Of a stretch of DNA of 64,000 nucleotides, positions 1 to 9,624 are shown in pieces. Under the pieces are notes generated by a model. That model saw nothing but the letters and a program-made list of their open reading frames with translations. It ran no database searches and had not been told where the DNA came from. Source of the stretch: Lentisphaerota bacterium (lineage in GTDB: Bacteria; Verrucomicrobiota; Kiritimatiellia; RFP12; UBA1067). The position numbers and the translations under genes were made by a program. Within the stretch, counting starts at the first letter, position 1, and each line of letters starts with the position of its first letter. The stretch is taken from the NCBI GenBank assembly GCA_015061665.1, contig SUWC01000001.1:35737-99736 (forward strand), read 5' to 3'.

Positions 1-957
1 GTTGAACATTGCCTCTATTTCGTCGCCCGAATACTTGATCGGCACTTCGTCCTTCGCCTCGCCTATGTCGCTTGCAGCAGCCGAAACTGTCAAAGTTCCG
101 TTGGAAAAGCGAAGTTTTGTTGAATGCGCCTCGTCCATCGACATTACACTTGCTCTTTCAAGGGCATTAACGAAAAGCTGACGATCAATCACTATGCTCT
201 GGGCGAAACTCTGGGGAATAACCTGCTTGTAGTTCGGATATGTGTCGTCAACAAGCTTTGAGAATATCGAAATATTCCCTAAGGTAAAGCGAACCTGCGT
301 ATTCTGAACCATCACCTTGATGTCGCCTTCGCTTCCGAGCGACCTCTGAAGCTCCTGAACTGTCTTCGGAGGCAGAATTATGTCCTTTTCCGCGTCAACA
401 GGCACTTCCATCTCGTTTTCAACAAGTGCAAGGCGGCGTCCGTCTGTCGCCACCATTGTAAGCTTGTTGCTGCGGAAGCTCATCAAAACACCCTTGAGGG
501 TCCTGCGGGTGTCATCCTGTGACGCTGCATAGGCAGTTTTGCGGAGCATTTCCTTCAAAACCGTCTGGCTAACACTGTACTCATAGCTCGTTTCGTCGGA
601 GGGCAACCTCGGAAAGTTTACCTCGGAAAGACCTGTCAGCTTGAAATTCGCCGAACCTGCCCTGATTTTAGCCTTTTCTTCCTCGTTTACCTCAATTCCG
701 ATGACTCCTTCGTCCGCACATGATATCGAGTTGAACAGAAGCTTCACAGGCAGTGTGGTCTTGCCGGGTTCCTCGGTTTCGCATTCAACTTCGCAGACAA
801 TCGATATGTCGAGGTCAGTAGTAGTCATCCGGAGTACCTTGCCTTCGGACTCAAGAAGGACATTCTGCAGCACAGGCAGGGAAGCCTTCGAATTGACGAC
901 ATTCTGGACCGCCTTAAGTCCTTCGATGAACTTGGATCTTATGATGTTAAACTTCAT
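1..957 (-). CDS. dnaN: DNA polymerase III beta sliding clamp (5' part; gene continues beyond window start)
   Basis: Minus-strand ATG at 957 gives MKFNIIRSKFIEGLKAVQNVVNSKASLPVLQNVLLES, a typical beta-clamp N-terminus. It lies directly downstream of dnaA on the same strand (the classic dnaA-dnaN pair). The six-frame track misses it because the ORF runs off the window. Confidence 0.8.
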   Translation of the reverse strand, partial: MKFNIIRSKFIEGLKAVQNVVNSKASLPVLQNVLLESEGKVLRMTTTDLDISIVCEVECETEEPGKTTLPVKLLFNSISCADEGVIGIEVNEEEKAKIRAGSANFKLTGLSEVNFPRLPSDETSYEYSVSQTVLKEMLRKTAYAASQDDTRRTLKGVLMSFRSNKLTMVATDGRRLALVENEMEVPVDAEKDIILPPKTVQELQRSLGSEGDIKVMVQNTQVRFTLGNISIFSKLVDDTYPNYKQVIPQSFAQSIVIDRQLFVNALERASVMSMDEAHSTKLRFSNGTLTVSAAASDIGEAKDEVPIKYSGDEIEAMFN

Positions 958-1232
958 TTTGATTTCCTTTGACTGGTTGACCTTTTACAACTTTCATCAA
1001 CACGCTTCTGATTGTACCAAATATGACTAATAATATAAAGAGTCTTTGTATTATTATTATAGATGTTCACAATGTTGATAAATCAGTTTTAGCATTGATT
1101 TTATTGGGTTTTTCGCGTTTTTTTCTGTTGATGGAAAGTTAATCTTCATGATTGCGTCCTGTTGCCAACTTTCGGGGCTGTTGATTGCTGTAGACAACTT
1201 GCGCGGTTATGGGCCATGTTGTCGACAGGTTT
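958..1232. other. Candidate oriC segment: AT-rich unwinding element plus DnaA-box-like motifs (dnaA-dnaN spacer)
   Basis: AT-rich stretch around 1020-1130. Five TGTTG(A/C)-type motifs, the reverse complement of TTATCAACA-like DnaA boxes, at about 1074, 1125, 1160, 1179 and 1217. The best one is TGTTGATAA at 1074-1082. Confidence 0.45.
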
Positions 1233-2681
1233 TCAGCTGAGCGAAAGATCCTTTCCGTCCGTCAGTTTGTAGCCGAATTCGGACAGTATTTCCTCCAGTG
1301 TCTGCTTGAGGTCGTTCTCCACGTCGAGCCTTTTCTGGATGGTTTTTACCCCATGTAGTATAGTTGCGTGCTTTTTCTCGAACTTTTCGGCAATTTCCGG
1401 CAGGCTTTTTGCCGTAAACTTGCGTGAAATGTACATTGCGAGCTGTCTTGGGGTAACAAGTGACGCCGTTCGCTCGGTAGAAAGTATGGATTGGACGGTT
1501 ACGCCGTACTTTTTCGCTACCGCAGCCTGGATTTCCTCGACTGTTAGTTTTTTTATCGTCTGCTCCTTGTCGATGAAGTCCTTCAGTAGCTTTGAAAGAA
1601 GTATTGGCGATAGTTCGGCTGTAGGGCTGTTTGAAATTATCACCTTTACCTTTGCCAACGCACCTTCCATTGCCCTAACATGCGTTTTGATGTTTTCAGC
1701 AATGAATGTCAGCGTGGAAATTGGTATAGGTGGACGGTAGCTTTCGGATTTTTTCTGCAGAATTGCCAATCTAGTCTCATAGCTAGGTGACTCGATCTCC
1801 TGCACCATTCCCCCGACGAATCGCGATATCAACCTTTCTTCAAGTGCCGGAAGGTTCTTTGGTGCGACGTCAGAGGTCATCACAATCTGCTTTTTCTTTC
1901 CCTGAAGGTAGTTGAAGGTGTTGAAGAACTCTTCCTGGACGATTTTTCCCTTCTGGAAGAACTGCACGTCGTCAACAAGCAGTACGTCGATGTTTCGGTA
2001 TTTCTCTCGAAATGAATTTATCTGACCGTTTTGCAGGTAATTGACGTATTCATTAAGAAATGTCTCTGCTGTAAGATAGCAGATGGCCATACCTGGGTTC
2101 TTGCGCTTCAGCTCGTTACCGATTGCCTGCATCAAGTGGGTTTTTCCAAGTCCGGTCCCGCCGTGTATGAACAACGGGTTGTAGCCGCTCTCCCCTGGAT
2201 GCTTGACCACTCCTTTCGCAGCTGAATATGCCCAGCTGTTTGATGGACCGGCAACGAATTCGTCAAATGTGTATTCGTCGCGAAGCGGCATAGTCGAAAT
2301 GAATGTAGTCGCCTGGTGCTGTGGTGTAATGGATAGTTCTGGCAATCCCGGTGTCTGGGATTTCTGGGCGGTCGGCGGTATTATGATTGATGGACGCTTT
2401 CTTTCGTCTAGCTTGAACTCCATCTTCAAAGCTGGGTTTGCTCCCACCAACGTCAAGCAACCTTTTATTCGTGTCGCATAATTAGACTGAAGAAAATCGG
2501 CTGCAAATGAATTGGTGGTGTAAAATCGGAAAACGTCATCATCTGTCTCGACGCTTGAGATCATTGAGAAATACCGCTCCATCTGATCCTTTTCTTCCTG
2601 GGTCGGTAGGGACGAAATATATACTGTCTTGGCCCTGTCCCACAGGTCCTTCGACGCCATGTCTATTGTTTCGTTGCTCAT
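1233..2681 (-). CDS. dnaA: Chromosomal replication initiator DnaA
   Basis: 482-aa ORF with AAA+ Walker A GGTGLGKTHLMQAIGN and a C-terminal DNA-binding region. Classic gene order with dnaN downstream. Confidence 0.95.
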   Translation of the reverse strand: MSNETIDMASKDLWDRAKTVYISSLPTQEEKDQMERYFSMISSVETDDDVFRFYTTNSFAADFLQSNYATRIKGCLTLVGANPALKMEFKLDERKRPSIIIPPTAQKSQTPGLPELSITPQHQATTFISTMPLRDEYTFDEFVAGPSNSWAYSAAKGVVKHPGESGYNPLFIHGGTGLGKTHLMQAIGNELKRKNPGMAICYLTAETFLNEYVNYLQNGQINSFREKYRNIDVLLVDDVQFFQKGKIVQEEFFNTFNYLQGKKKQIVMTSDVAPKNLPALEERLISRFVGGMVQEIESPSYETRLAILQKKSESYRPPIPISTLTFIAENIKTHVRAMEGALAKVKVIISNSPTAELSPILLSKLLKDFIDKEQTIKKLTVEEIQAAVAKKYGVTVQSILSTERTASLVTPRQLAMYISRKFTAKSLPEIAEKFEKKHATILHGVKTIQKRLDVENDLKQTLEEILSEFGYKLTDGKDLSLS

Positions 2682-2744
2682 TTGTCTATTCTTCCTATTT
2701 TTCGCCCTCTATAATAGCATAAGGGGGATTGAAAATCATCAAAA

Positions 2745-2830
2745 AGAAGTTATCAACATTTCACCAAGTTATTAACAGGCTGTCAACATTTGTAGATAGT
2801 TGTCAAAGAAGTATTGTACCACTATATATT
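2745..2830 (+). promoter_or_regulatory. DnaA-box-like cluster upstream of dnaA (autoregulatory or origin-associated)
   Basis: TTATCAACA at 2750-2758, TTATTAACA at 2769, CTGTCAACA at 2780 and GTTGTCAAAG at 2800, in an AT-rich spacer between the dnaA start and the mnmG stop. Confidence 0.4.
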
Positions 2831-3040
2831 GTGTCGCATAATCTAGATGACAGAGACTATTATGAGCCATTGCTTATTGATCGCTTTCTTTGGTATTTCG
2901 ATATATTCCGACTGCATCCGATTTGCTAGTGATAGCTATATAATAATTATCAATTCAATATAATACAGTTTATAGCCTTCAATTCTTACCATCTGATTAT
3001 CTAGATCATATTTTGCCCATGTAGCCTCTAACATCGCATT

Positions 3041-5281
3041 TTATACGTGCCCGCGCTTAATGATGATTGCCAAAACTAAAATGTCAGATGGGTTTACGCC
3101 CGGTATTCTCGATGCCTGGCCAAGATTATCAGGACGAATCTTCTTCAGCTTTTCCCTACTCTCGTATCTAACAGCAACACACTTATCGTAGTCAAGCCAT
3201 GCAGGGATTGCAATGGATTCATCATCTTTTGCCTTTTCTGCAGCCTTCTTTTCCTGATCAATATACGGTGAATATTTAACTATGATTCGAAGTTCGTCTA
3301 GGATTTCTTTTTTCGTAAAGTACGAAGCAATTTTCTCATTTTGAGACATCATTTGAACTAGTGAAGCCTCAATATCATCTGGAATTATATGATTCGCATT
3401 CCATTTTTGTCCGATTAGTTTTCCACTTTGAATTTGCAGCCAATTCATAACTGATGCGATACATTCAAGTTCGTCCGGTTTTTTGATACCCACGTAAGCA
3501 GCAATATTGTTTAGACGAAACCTTGCATTGTCCTGACGAAGTATCAACCTGCGTTCCGCCCGGCTTGTAAACATGCGATAAGGTTCATCAGTCCCTTTTG
3601 TCACAAGATCATCTATTAGAACTCCTATATATGCATCTTGTCTGCTCAATACTATTTGTGGTTTTTTTGAAGCGTTTAGGGACGCATTAATGCCCGATAT
3701 AATTCCTTGGGCTGCCGCTTCTTCATATCCTGTCGTTCCATTGATCTGTCCAGCGAAATACAATCCACTTACATGCTTCGATTCGAGCGTATGCCTTAGT
3801 TCGCGTGAATCTATAGCATCATATTCAATTGCGTATGCATAGGCCAAAAATTCTGCGTTTTCAAGTCCTGGTACGGAATGAACCATTTTTTCCTGTACAT
3901 CTCGTGGTAGACAGCAGCTCAGTCCGTTTGGATAAATGACTGTACCAGCAGAGTCTTCCGGCTCGAGTATTACATGATGTTGTTTGACATCTTTAAAACG
4001 TACGATTTTATCTTCGATGGAAGGACAATATCTAACTCCAGTGCCAGATATTTTTCCGCCGTATAGAGCTGATTTCTCGAGATTGTTTTTAATTATTTCG
4101 TGGGTTTCTTGTGTCGTATGCGTTAACCAACAAGGAAATTCAGGTAAATTATCATATGAGTTGTGAGTTTTGTTCCACGTGGAACAATTATCTAAACGTT
4201 TATCGCTTTTGTTTTCACCCGTAGTGCCTTTGCAGGTATTAAATTGTCCATTTTGAGGCTCTTGAGTTGCTACGGGTTCATCTAAATTGTTCCACGTGGA
4301 ACAAATTGACAGGGAATGTTGCTCCTTGAAGTAATACGGTGAGATAAATTTCAAAAACATGTCATCCAAACTCCGAGTATTGGGTTTATGCGACATGTTC
4401 CACGTGGAACAATTTAAATTTCTGGTATTTATAAATTTTTGCTGTTGATAGTCGTGGTGAAATAGCGGATGTGGTATTTCGCCATTTTGAGGCTCACATT
4501 TTGAGAAGTTACATGATGAAGCCTTAAGTCGAGGAGGGGTTCCTGTTTTAAGGCGGATTAAATGAAATCCTAGGGACTCCAGCGAGCTAGACAGCTTGTT
4601 AATTGCTGGACGTCCATCGCCGCCTGATTCAATACACTCCTTACCGATCCAAATTCTGCCACGCAAGGATGTACCTGAGGTTATGACGATTGATTTGGCG
4701 GTATATACATTACCAGAGTCGGTCTTGACACCAATAGCGCAAATATTGTCACGCGATTGGTTGCAATATGTGAAAGTATCAACTTTTGTATTGTTGATAG
4801 TGTTGATATCTCTGTTGATATTTGGGGTATTGACAATACCGGATTCGATAAGTTCAGGATTGTTTATGTTATTATGTGTAATGTCTTCTGTGAGAATAGA
4901 TGTAGCAGCTTCTTCGACTACAGTGAGGTTGGGTTGCCGCAGGACGACGTTTTGTAATCTGGCTGTGTATTCCTGCTTTGCACATTGCGTCCTGGTTGCC
5001 CAAACAGCTGGACCACGGCTAAGATTGAGTGTCTTTGACTGAAGGGCAGTTGCATCTGCATTGCGCCCCATCTCGCCACCAAGTGCATCGATCTCGTAGA
5101 CGAGGTGGCTTTTTGCGAGTCCACCAATTGCCGGATTGCATGGCATTCGCCCTATGGCGCCGATCTGTGATGTAATGAGAAGAGTGGATGAACCCATGCG
5201 TGCGGACGCGAGTGAGGCTTCGACTCCTGCGTGACCGCCGCCAATGACTATGACGTCGTAAGAATTGGAAGGTTTGTTCAT
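3041..5281 (-). CDS. mnmG: tRNA uridine-5-carboxymethylaminomethyl modification enzyme MnmG (GidA), with an in-frame insertion of about 115 aa
   Basis: N-terminal FAD motif [21 protein letters not shown]. Conserved LKTGTPPRL and [11 protein letters not shown] blocks, but about 115 extra residues sit between them. Total 746 aa against the usual 620-630. Confidence 0.9.
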   Translation of the reverse strand: MNKPSNSYDVIVIGGGHAGVEASLASARMGSSTLLITSQIGAIGRMPCNPAIGGLAKSHLVYEIDALGGEMGRNADATALQSKTLNLSRGPAVWATRTQCAKQEYTARLQNVVLRQPNLTVVEEAATSILTEDITHNNINNPELIESGIVNTPNINRDINTINNTKVDTFTYCNQSRDNICAIGVKTDSGNVYTAKSIVITSGTSLRGRIWIGKECIESGGDGRPAINKLSSSLESLGFHLIRLKTGTPPRLKASSCNFSKCEPQNGEIPHPLFHHDYQQQKFINTRNLNCSTWNMSHKPNTRSLDDMFLKFISPYYFKEQHSLSICSTWNNLDEPVATQEPQNGQFNTCKGTTGENKSDKRLDNCSTWNKTHNSYDNLPEFPCWLTHTTQETHEIIKNNLEKSALYGGKISGTGVRYCPSIEDKIVRFKDVKQHHVILEPEDSAGTVIYPNGLSCCLPRDVQEKMVHSVPGLENAEFLAYAYAIEYDAIDSRELRHTLESKHVSGLYFAGQINGTTGYEEAAAQGIISGINASLNASKKPQIVLSRQDAYIGVLIDDLVTKGTDEPYRMFTSRAERRLILRQDNARFRLNNIAAYVGIKKPDELECIASVMNWLQIQSGKLIGQKWNANHIIPDDIEASLVQMMSQNEKIASYFTKKEILDELRIIVKYSPYIDQEKKAAEKAKDDESIAIPAWLDYDKCVAVRYESREKLKKIRPDNLGQASRIPGVNPSDILVLAIIIKRGHV
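4170..4500. repeat. AT-rich, roughly 110-bp tandem repeat (3 units) inside the mnmG ORF, each unit carrying the perfect palindrome GTTCCACGTGGAAC
   Basis: Palindromes at 4172-4185, 4289-4302 and 4397-4410. Units also share CCATTTTGAGGCTC. Translated on the minus strand as CSTWN x3 and EPQNG x2. The reading frame is preserved. Confidence 0.8.
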
Positions 5282-5404
5282 AACACCTAGATTATATCAT
5301 TTATTTGGGGGATTTGTGAACAGGCTATGTTAATAAGTTATGCGAAGGAATTAAATCTATCAAATTGCAAAAAAGCCCGTATTTATTGGGTAAAATCGAC
5401 TTTG

Positions 5405-5480
5405 GGCATGCTTGTCAACAGTGAAAATATAATATGATGTAAACAGTTATAGCAAAGTTATCAACAGAGTTTGTTAACAT
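5405..5480. promoter_or_regulatory. Divergent promoter region of mnmG and the downstream gene, with DnaA-box-like TTGTCAACA/TTATCAACA motifs
   Basis: TTGTCAACA at 5412-5420, TTATCAACA at 5458-5466 and TTTGTTAACA at 5470, in an AT-rich spacer. Confidence 0.35.
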
Positions 5481-5498
5481 GAAGACAACATTATTGAG

Positions 5499-6449
5499 AT
5501 GGTGAATCCTATGCAGTGGAAACTTTCGAGTAGGCTGGATAACCCCCAACTGACGCTGGATATTGAGATATGGTATAATAAGGGGGTGAAAATAATATTT
5601 TTGTTTATTGACGGCGTGGGGATGCGCGAGGCGGCTGCGGACAATCCTGTCAACGAGGAGGTTTGTCCGACGCTAATGCGCCTGATATCCCGCCATGCAA
5701 AGCCGATTGACGCATGTCTCGGCGTGGACGGCCTGCCGCAGAGTGCGACAGGGCAGGCAACAATGTTCACGGGAGTAAACTGTTCCGCTGCCATGGGAAG
5801 GCACTGCGAGGGCTTCCCGGGGCCGTCTCTTCGTCGCATAATAGAGGAGAACAATCTCTTCCTCCAGCTCAAGAAGCGCGGCCTAGCCGTCAGATTTGCG
5901 GATGCATATCTTGTCGATTCGGCTGACGACCTTGCAGCGAGGCGCTTCAAATCGGTTACAACGGTCATGGCGCTCACGACTCCCGAGGTGATAACGACTG
6001 TCGATGACCTCAAGCAAGGTCGGGCACTTATGCAGGACCTGACGCGCGAGACTATCCAGGAGCGGTACCCGGACTGCCGCGTCATATCGCCAAAACGCGC
6101 CGCGGAGGATCTTGCCGAAATAGCGCACGACTATGACTTCACCCTCTACGAGTTTTTCCAAACGGATGTGTCTGGACACTCGATGGACTACGCGCGTGCG
6201 TGCGCAGTGCTTCGGACGTACGACCAGTTTCTGTCGCAGCTGATCCGGCTTGTCGAGATCGAGGGCATAACGCTCGTCATGACGGCCGACCACGGGAACA
6301 TAGAATGCATGACTGAACGCGGGCATACAAGAAGCCCCGTGCCTTTCATTGCATATGGTCCGCGTGAGTCAGACCTGCGAGATCAGGTTGAATCGTTGAT
6401 CGACGTCACCCCCGCGCTGCTGAGGGTTTTCGACAGCGTCGGGAGGTAA
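5499..6449 (+). CDS. Alkaline-phosphatase-superfamily metalloenzyme (cofactor-independent phosphoglycerate mutase / phosphopentomutase-like)
   Basis: IIFLFIDGVG near the N-terminus and LVMTADHGN near the C-terminus are characteristic of the iPGM/DeoB metalloenzyme fold. Start is uncertain: alternatives are GTG near 5585 after AAGGGGG, or ATG at 5624. Confidence 0.55.
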   Translation: MVNPMQWKLSSRLDNPQLTLDIEIWYNKGVKIIFLFIDGVGMREAAADNPVNEEVCPTLMRLISRHAKPIDACLGVDGLPQSATGQATMFTGVNCSAAMGRHCEGFPGPSLRRIIEENNLFLQLKKRGLAVRFADAYLVDSADDLAARRFKSVTTVMALTTPEVITTVDDLKQGRALMQDLTRETIQERYPDCRVISPKRAAEDLAEIAHDYDFTLYEFFQTDVSGHSMDYARACAVLRTYDQFLSQLIRLVEIEGITLVMTADHGNIECMTERGHTRSPVPFIAYGPRESDLRDQVESLIDVTPALLRVFDSVGR

Positions 6450-6477
6450 AACTCGACTGTAAAATATTTTTTAAAAT

Positions 6478-6515
6478 ACCCCCTTGCGCGCAAGGCGGCT
6501 AATATGATATACTAT
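6478..6515 (+). promoter_or_regulatory. Promoter of the tRNA cluster: CCCCCTTGCGC(-35)-N18-TATACT(-10)
   Basis: TTGCGC at 6484-6489 lies inside the perfect palindrome CCTTGCGCGCAAGG. TATACT at 6508-6513. The same architecture recurs at 12988-13017. Confidence 0.6.
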
Positions 6516-6530
6516 TTCTTGTTTTCGATT

Positions 6531-6607
6531 GGGGCTGTAGCTCAACTGGATAGAGCATCAGACTACGAATCTGAGGGTTGTGGGTTCGACTCCCGCCAGC
6601 CCCGCCA
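6531..6607 (+). tRNA. tRNA-Arg (anticodon ACG)
   Basis: GGGGCTGTAGCTCAACTGGATAGAGCATCAGACTACGAATCTGAGGGTTGTGGGTTCGACTCCCGCCAGCCCCGCCA. Cloverleaf with anticodon loop CTACGAA, encoded CCA. Confidence 0.9.
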
Positions 6608-6620
6608 GTCGAAACCAGAT

Positions 6621-6697
<77 letters not shown>

Positions 6698-6732
6698 AAT
6701 TCCGTGAAGATCTGGCTCACGGCGACACACGG

Positions 6733-6809
6733 CGGACCGTAGCGCAGCCTGGTAGCGCGTTTGCTTGGGGTGCAAAAGGTCACGAGTTCAAATCTCGTCG
6801 GTCCGACCA
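6733..6809 (+). tRNA. tRNA-Pro (anticodon GGG)
   Basis: Acceptor CGGACCG/CGGTCCG, anticodon stem TTTGC/GCAAA with loop TTGGGGT, T-loop TTCAAAT, CCA end. Confidence 0.85.
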
Positions 6810-6859
6810 CCTTGCAGAAGGTGATGCGTTGTGTTTGAGGTGCGGATTCGCACAATTAT

Positions 6860-6933
6860 GGTGGGATGGCCGAGCGGTTAGGTAGTGGACTGCAAATCCA
6901 CGTACAGCGGTTCAACTCCGCTTCCCACCTCCA
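6860..6933 (+). tRNA. tRNA-Cys (anticodon GCA)
   Basis: Acceptor GGTGGGA/TCCCACC, anticodon stem GTGGA/TCCAC with loop CTGCAAA, T-loop TTCAACT, CCA end. Confidence 0.85.
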
Positions 6934-7046
6934 TTCAATTCCCTGTCAAAAGTTTTGTCCGTTGTCTGGTCGTACCCATGCGGGTAGGGCACGTGATCAC
7001 GTTAATATGGTAGAATATGGGTGTAGTCAAAACCAAACGGATCATT

Positions 7047-8225
7047 ATGAAGAAGAGCATCATTTTTGCAGCAATGCTTGTGGCGTCCGCCGTTAACGCG
7101 GGGGATGGAGATGGTTCGGCCTCTAGCCGCGACCTTCAGTCCGAGATCGACGCGATCGCCAAGGCTGGCGGCGGTACGCTGCGCCTTGAGGCCGGCACGT
7201 ACAGGACCGGCGCCTTGTTTTTCAAGCCCGGCGTCAACCTTCACCTTGAAAAGGGCGCGACGATAGTCGGCGTGGACGATGCCGCGGGCTATCCGATGTG
7301 CGAGACGCGAATCGAGGGGGAGACGTGCATGTACTACCCCGCGCTCATCAACGCCGACCGCTGCGACGGATTCACCATTACGGGCGAAGGCGTGGTTGAT
7401 GGACACGGAGCCAACACCTGGGAGGATTTCTGGACGAAGCGCGCCGAGGCTCGCAAGACGGGCGCGGATTTCCGCAACAAGACGCTGATGCGCCCGCGCG
7501 TCCTGTACGTGTCGCGCTCGAAGAACGTCGACGTCTCCGGAGTGACGTTCAAGAACTCTAAGTTCTGGACGACTCACTACTATGACTGCGAAGACGTTGT
7601 AGTGCACGACTGCGCAATCATCGCGGACGTGCTGAAGGATTCGAGGGGGAAGGAACTTAAGGGCCCCTCTACGGACGCGATCGACATCGACAAGTGCCGC
7701 CGCTTCACGGTGCGCAACGTCGACATATCCGTCAACGACGACGGCGTTGTCGTGAAGGGCGGGAAGGGTCCCTGGGCGGACGACTACGAAAAGTTCCCGG
7801 GCAACGGACCGTCGGCCGACGTCCTCGTCGAGAACTGCACCTTCCGCTATCCGACGCACAGCGCGCTCACGCTCGGCTCGGAGTGTCCTGCGGCGACCAA
7901 CGTCACGATGCGCGCCTGCAAGATGGACGGATGCGGAAACATGCTCAACCTTAAGATGCGCACCGATACGCCGCAGCACTACGCGAACGTGCTTGTCGAG
8001 GACTGCACGGGAAGCTGCAAGACGTTCCTGCGCGTCCAGTCGTGGTCGCAGTACCACGATGCCCAGGGACGCTCCGCCCCGGAGCTGAAGAGCTACGCGG
8101 ACGGTGTTACGCTCAGGCGAAACGACATCTCCGCGAAGAACGAGAGGGAAATCGTCTGGCGCAGCGACATCTTCGAAATCACAAATCTGGTCCTAGAGGA
8201 CAACAAGATCAGCATTCTCCAATAA
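7047..8225 (+). CDS. Secreted glycoside hydrolase family 28 (polygalacturonase-like, right-handed beta-helix)
   Basis: Signal peptide MKKSIIFAAMLVASAVNA. GH28-type motifs STDAIDID (like NTDGID) and DDGVVVKGG (like GDDCIAIKSG), with a parallel beta-helix repeat pattern. Alternative start ATG at 7017. Confidence 0.75.
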   Translation: MKKSIIFAAMLVASAVNAGDGDGSASSRDLQSEIDAIAKAGGGTLRLEAGTYRTGALFFKPGVNLHLEKGATIVGVDDAAGYPMCETRIEGETCMYYPALINADRCDGFTITGEGVVDGHGANTWEDFWTKRAEARKTGADFRNKTLMRPRVLYVSRSKNVDVSGVTFKNSKFWTTHYYDCEDVVVHDCAIIADVLKDSRGKELKGPSTDAIDIDKCRRFTVRNVDISVNDDGVVVKGGKGPWADDYEKFPGNGPSADVLVENCTFRYPTHSALTLGSECPAATNVTMRACKMDGCGNMLNLKMRTDTPQHYANVLVEDCTGSCKTFLRVQSWSQYHDAQGRSAPELKSYADGVTLRRNDISAKNEREIVWRSDIFEITNLVLEDNKISILQ

Positions 8226-8226
8226 G

Positions 8227-9624
8227 ATGAAATATCTTGCGGCAGCATTCGCCCTGTTATCGTCCGCGCTGGCGCCAGCTGTCGGAGGCGAGTACCTCTG
8301 GCCCAGCGCGGTGCTCTCGCTTCCGCCCGCCGCCGCGTCCACCGGCGCGGTCGTTTCGGTGCGGGGCGTCGTCACGTTCGTATCGGGACTCGAGTCCAAC
8401 CGCTTTGTCATCGCGTCCGAGGATCACCCGAACCAGCGCGGCATAGAGGTTTTCCTGAAGAAGGACTGCGAGGAGCTTGTCCATGGAGCGGTGGTTCTCC
8501 TCTCTGGAACGCTGGCCGAGCGCAACGGCGCATACTCGATAGATGCGGACAGCATAGACATCCTGCGCGTCGAGCATCTGCCGATTCCCTCCGTCGCGAA
8601 GCAGGCGGACTACCGGCGAGGACTTCTCGAAGGACGCGTCGTTACGCTGAGGGGAACGGTGCGAGAAGTCGTACCGGCGGCGATTGAAGGCGTTGAAGTG
8701 TCGCACGTCCTGTTGCTGATGGACGGGTACACGGCGCTGGTGAGGCTCCCCTGGACAGTCGACGGCGACAGGCTGCTCGGAGAACCCATCGAAGTCACCG
8801 GACTCGTCCGAGGCGTATTCAGCGACGGTAAGCGGATCGACTCCGCCCTTGAGGTGGAGAACGCCGACGGCATCGTCATGCTGCGCGCCAAGTCTGCGAT
8901 GCGGGTGCTCGTGTACATGTTCATTGCCCTTGGCGCCGTTCTCGTTTGCGTGACGGCCGTACTTCTTCTTCTCTGGATGCGCGTCCTGCGCGAACGGCGA
9001 GAGGCGTCGGTTGTCGCTGCGGAACGCTCGCGCATGGCGGCGGACCTCCACGACACGATCGAGCAGCACCTTGCCGGCGCGAATCTCCTTGCCGCGAGCG
9101 TGATGCAGCTCAAGGAGACGCCGGAAAACGTCCGCGACGCCATGAAAAGCATGATGTCGCTTCTCGCCAACGCGAAGATGGAGGTGCGCAGCGCCGTTCT
9201 CAACCTAAGGACCGTCGGAGGCGAGACGCAGACGCTCGCAGCGGCGGTCGCCGGGCTTGCAGCCGCGCTTGCAAGGACCGGAGTGCGCACGCACTACCAT
9301 CTGCGCGGACTACCGGAGTCGATGCCCGAGGGCGAGCGGCAGGACATCATCCTCATCATTAGCGAGGCCACCACGAACGCCGTGAAGCACGGGCACGCAA
9401 AGACCATAGTCTTCACGTGCGATCCGCGCGCAGACGGATTCGTTCTGCGCGTACTGAACGACGGCGAGCCGTTCGAGATCGACAGCGCGCTCGGTCCGGA
9501 GACCGGCCACTACGGACTTTCCGGAATGCGCGAACGCGCGCTTAGAAACAGGATTGCGCTTTCCTGGGGAGTCAGGGGCAGGTGGTCGTACGTTCAACTA
9601 GAATCGGAGGGACAAAATGGTTAA
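8227..9624 (+). CDS. Sensor histidine kinase (HisKA_3/NarX-DegS type) with periplasmic tandem OB-fold-like sensor domain
   Basis: Signal/TM at the N-terminus, a second TM (VLVYMFIALGAVLVCVTAVLLLLWM), H-box HDTIEQHLAGANLL and an HATPase_c region (NAVKHGHAKTIVF...GLSGMRERA). Confidence 0.85.
   Translation: MKYLAAAFALLSSALAPAVGGEYLWPSAVLSLPPAAASTGAVVSVRGVVTFVSGLESNRFVIASEDHPNQRGIEVFLKKDCEELVHGAVVLLSGTLAERNGAYSIDADSIDILRVEHLPIPSVAKQADYRRGLLEGRVVTLRGTVREVVPAAIEGVEVSHVLLLMDGYTALVRLPWTVDGDRLLGEPIEVTGLVRGVFSDGKRIDSALEVENADGIVMLRAKSAMRVLVYMFIALGAVLVCVTAVLLLLWMRVLRERREASVVAAERSRMAADLHDTIEQHLAGANLLAASVMQLKETPENVRDAMKSMMSLLANAKMEVRSAVLNLRTVGGETQTLAAAVAGLAAALARTGVRTHYHLRGLPESMPEGERQDIILIISEATTNAVKHGHAKTIVFTCDPRADGFVLRVLNDGEPFEIDSALGPETGHYGLSGMRERALRNRIALSWGVRGRWSYVQLESEGQNG

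Noticed and set aside
641-1030. 129-aa plus-strand ORF at the window start
   Set aside because: It lies antisense to the dnaN N-terminus, which has a canonical beta-clamp start at 957 on the minus strand.
5282-5498. Second oriC at the mnmG upstream spacer
   Set aside because: Only two to three box-like motifs and no extended unwinding element comparable to 1020-1130. More likely shared promoter architecture or DnaA-regulated promoters. Kept only as a low-confidence regulatory note.
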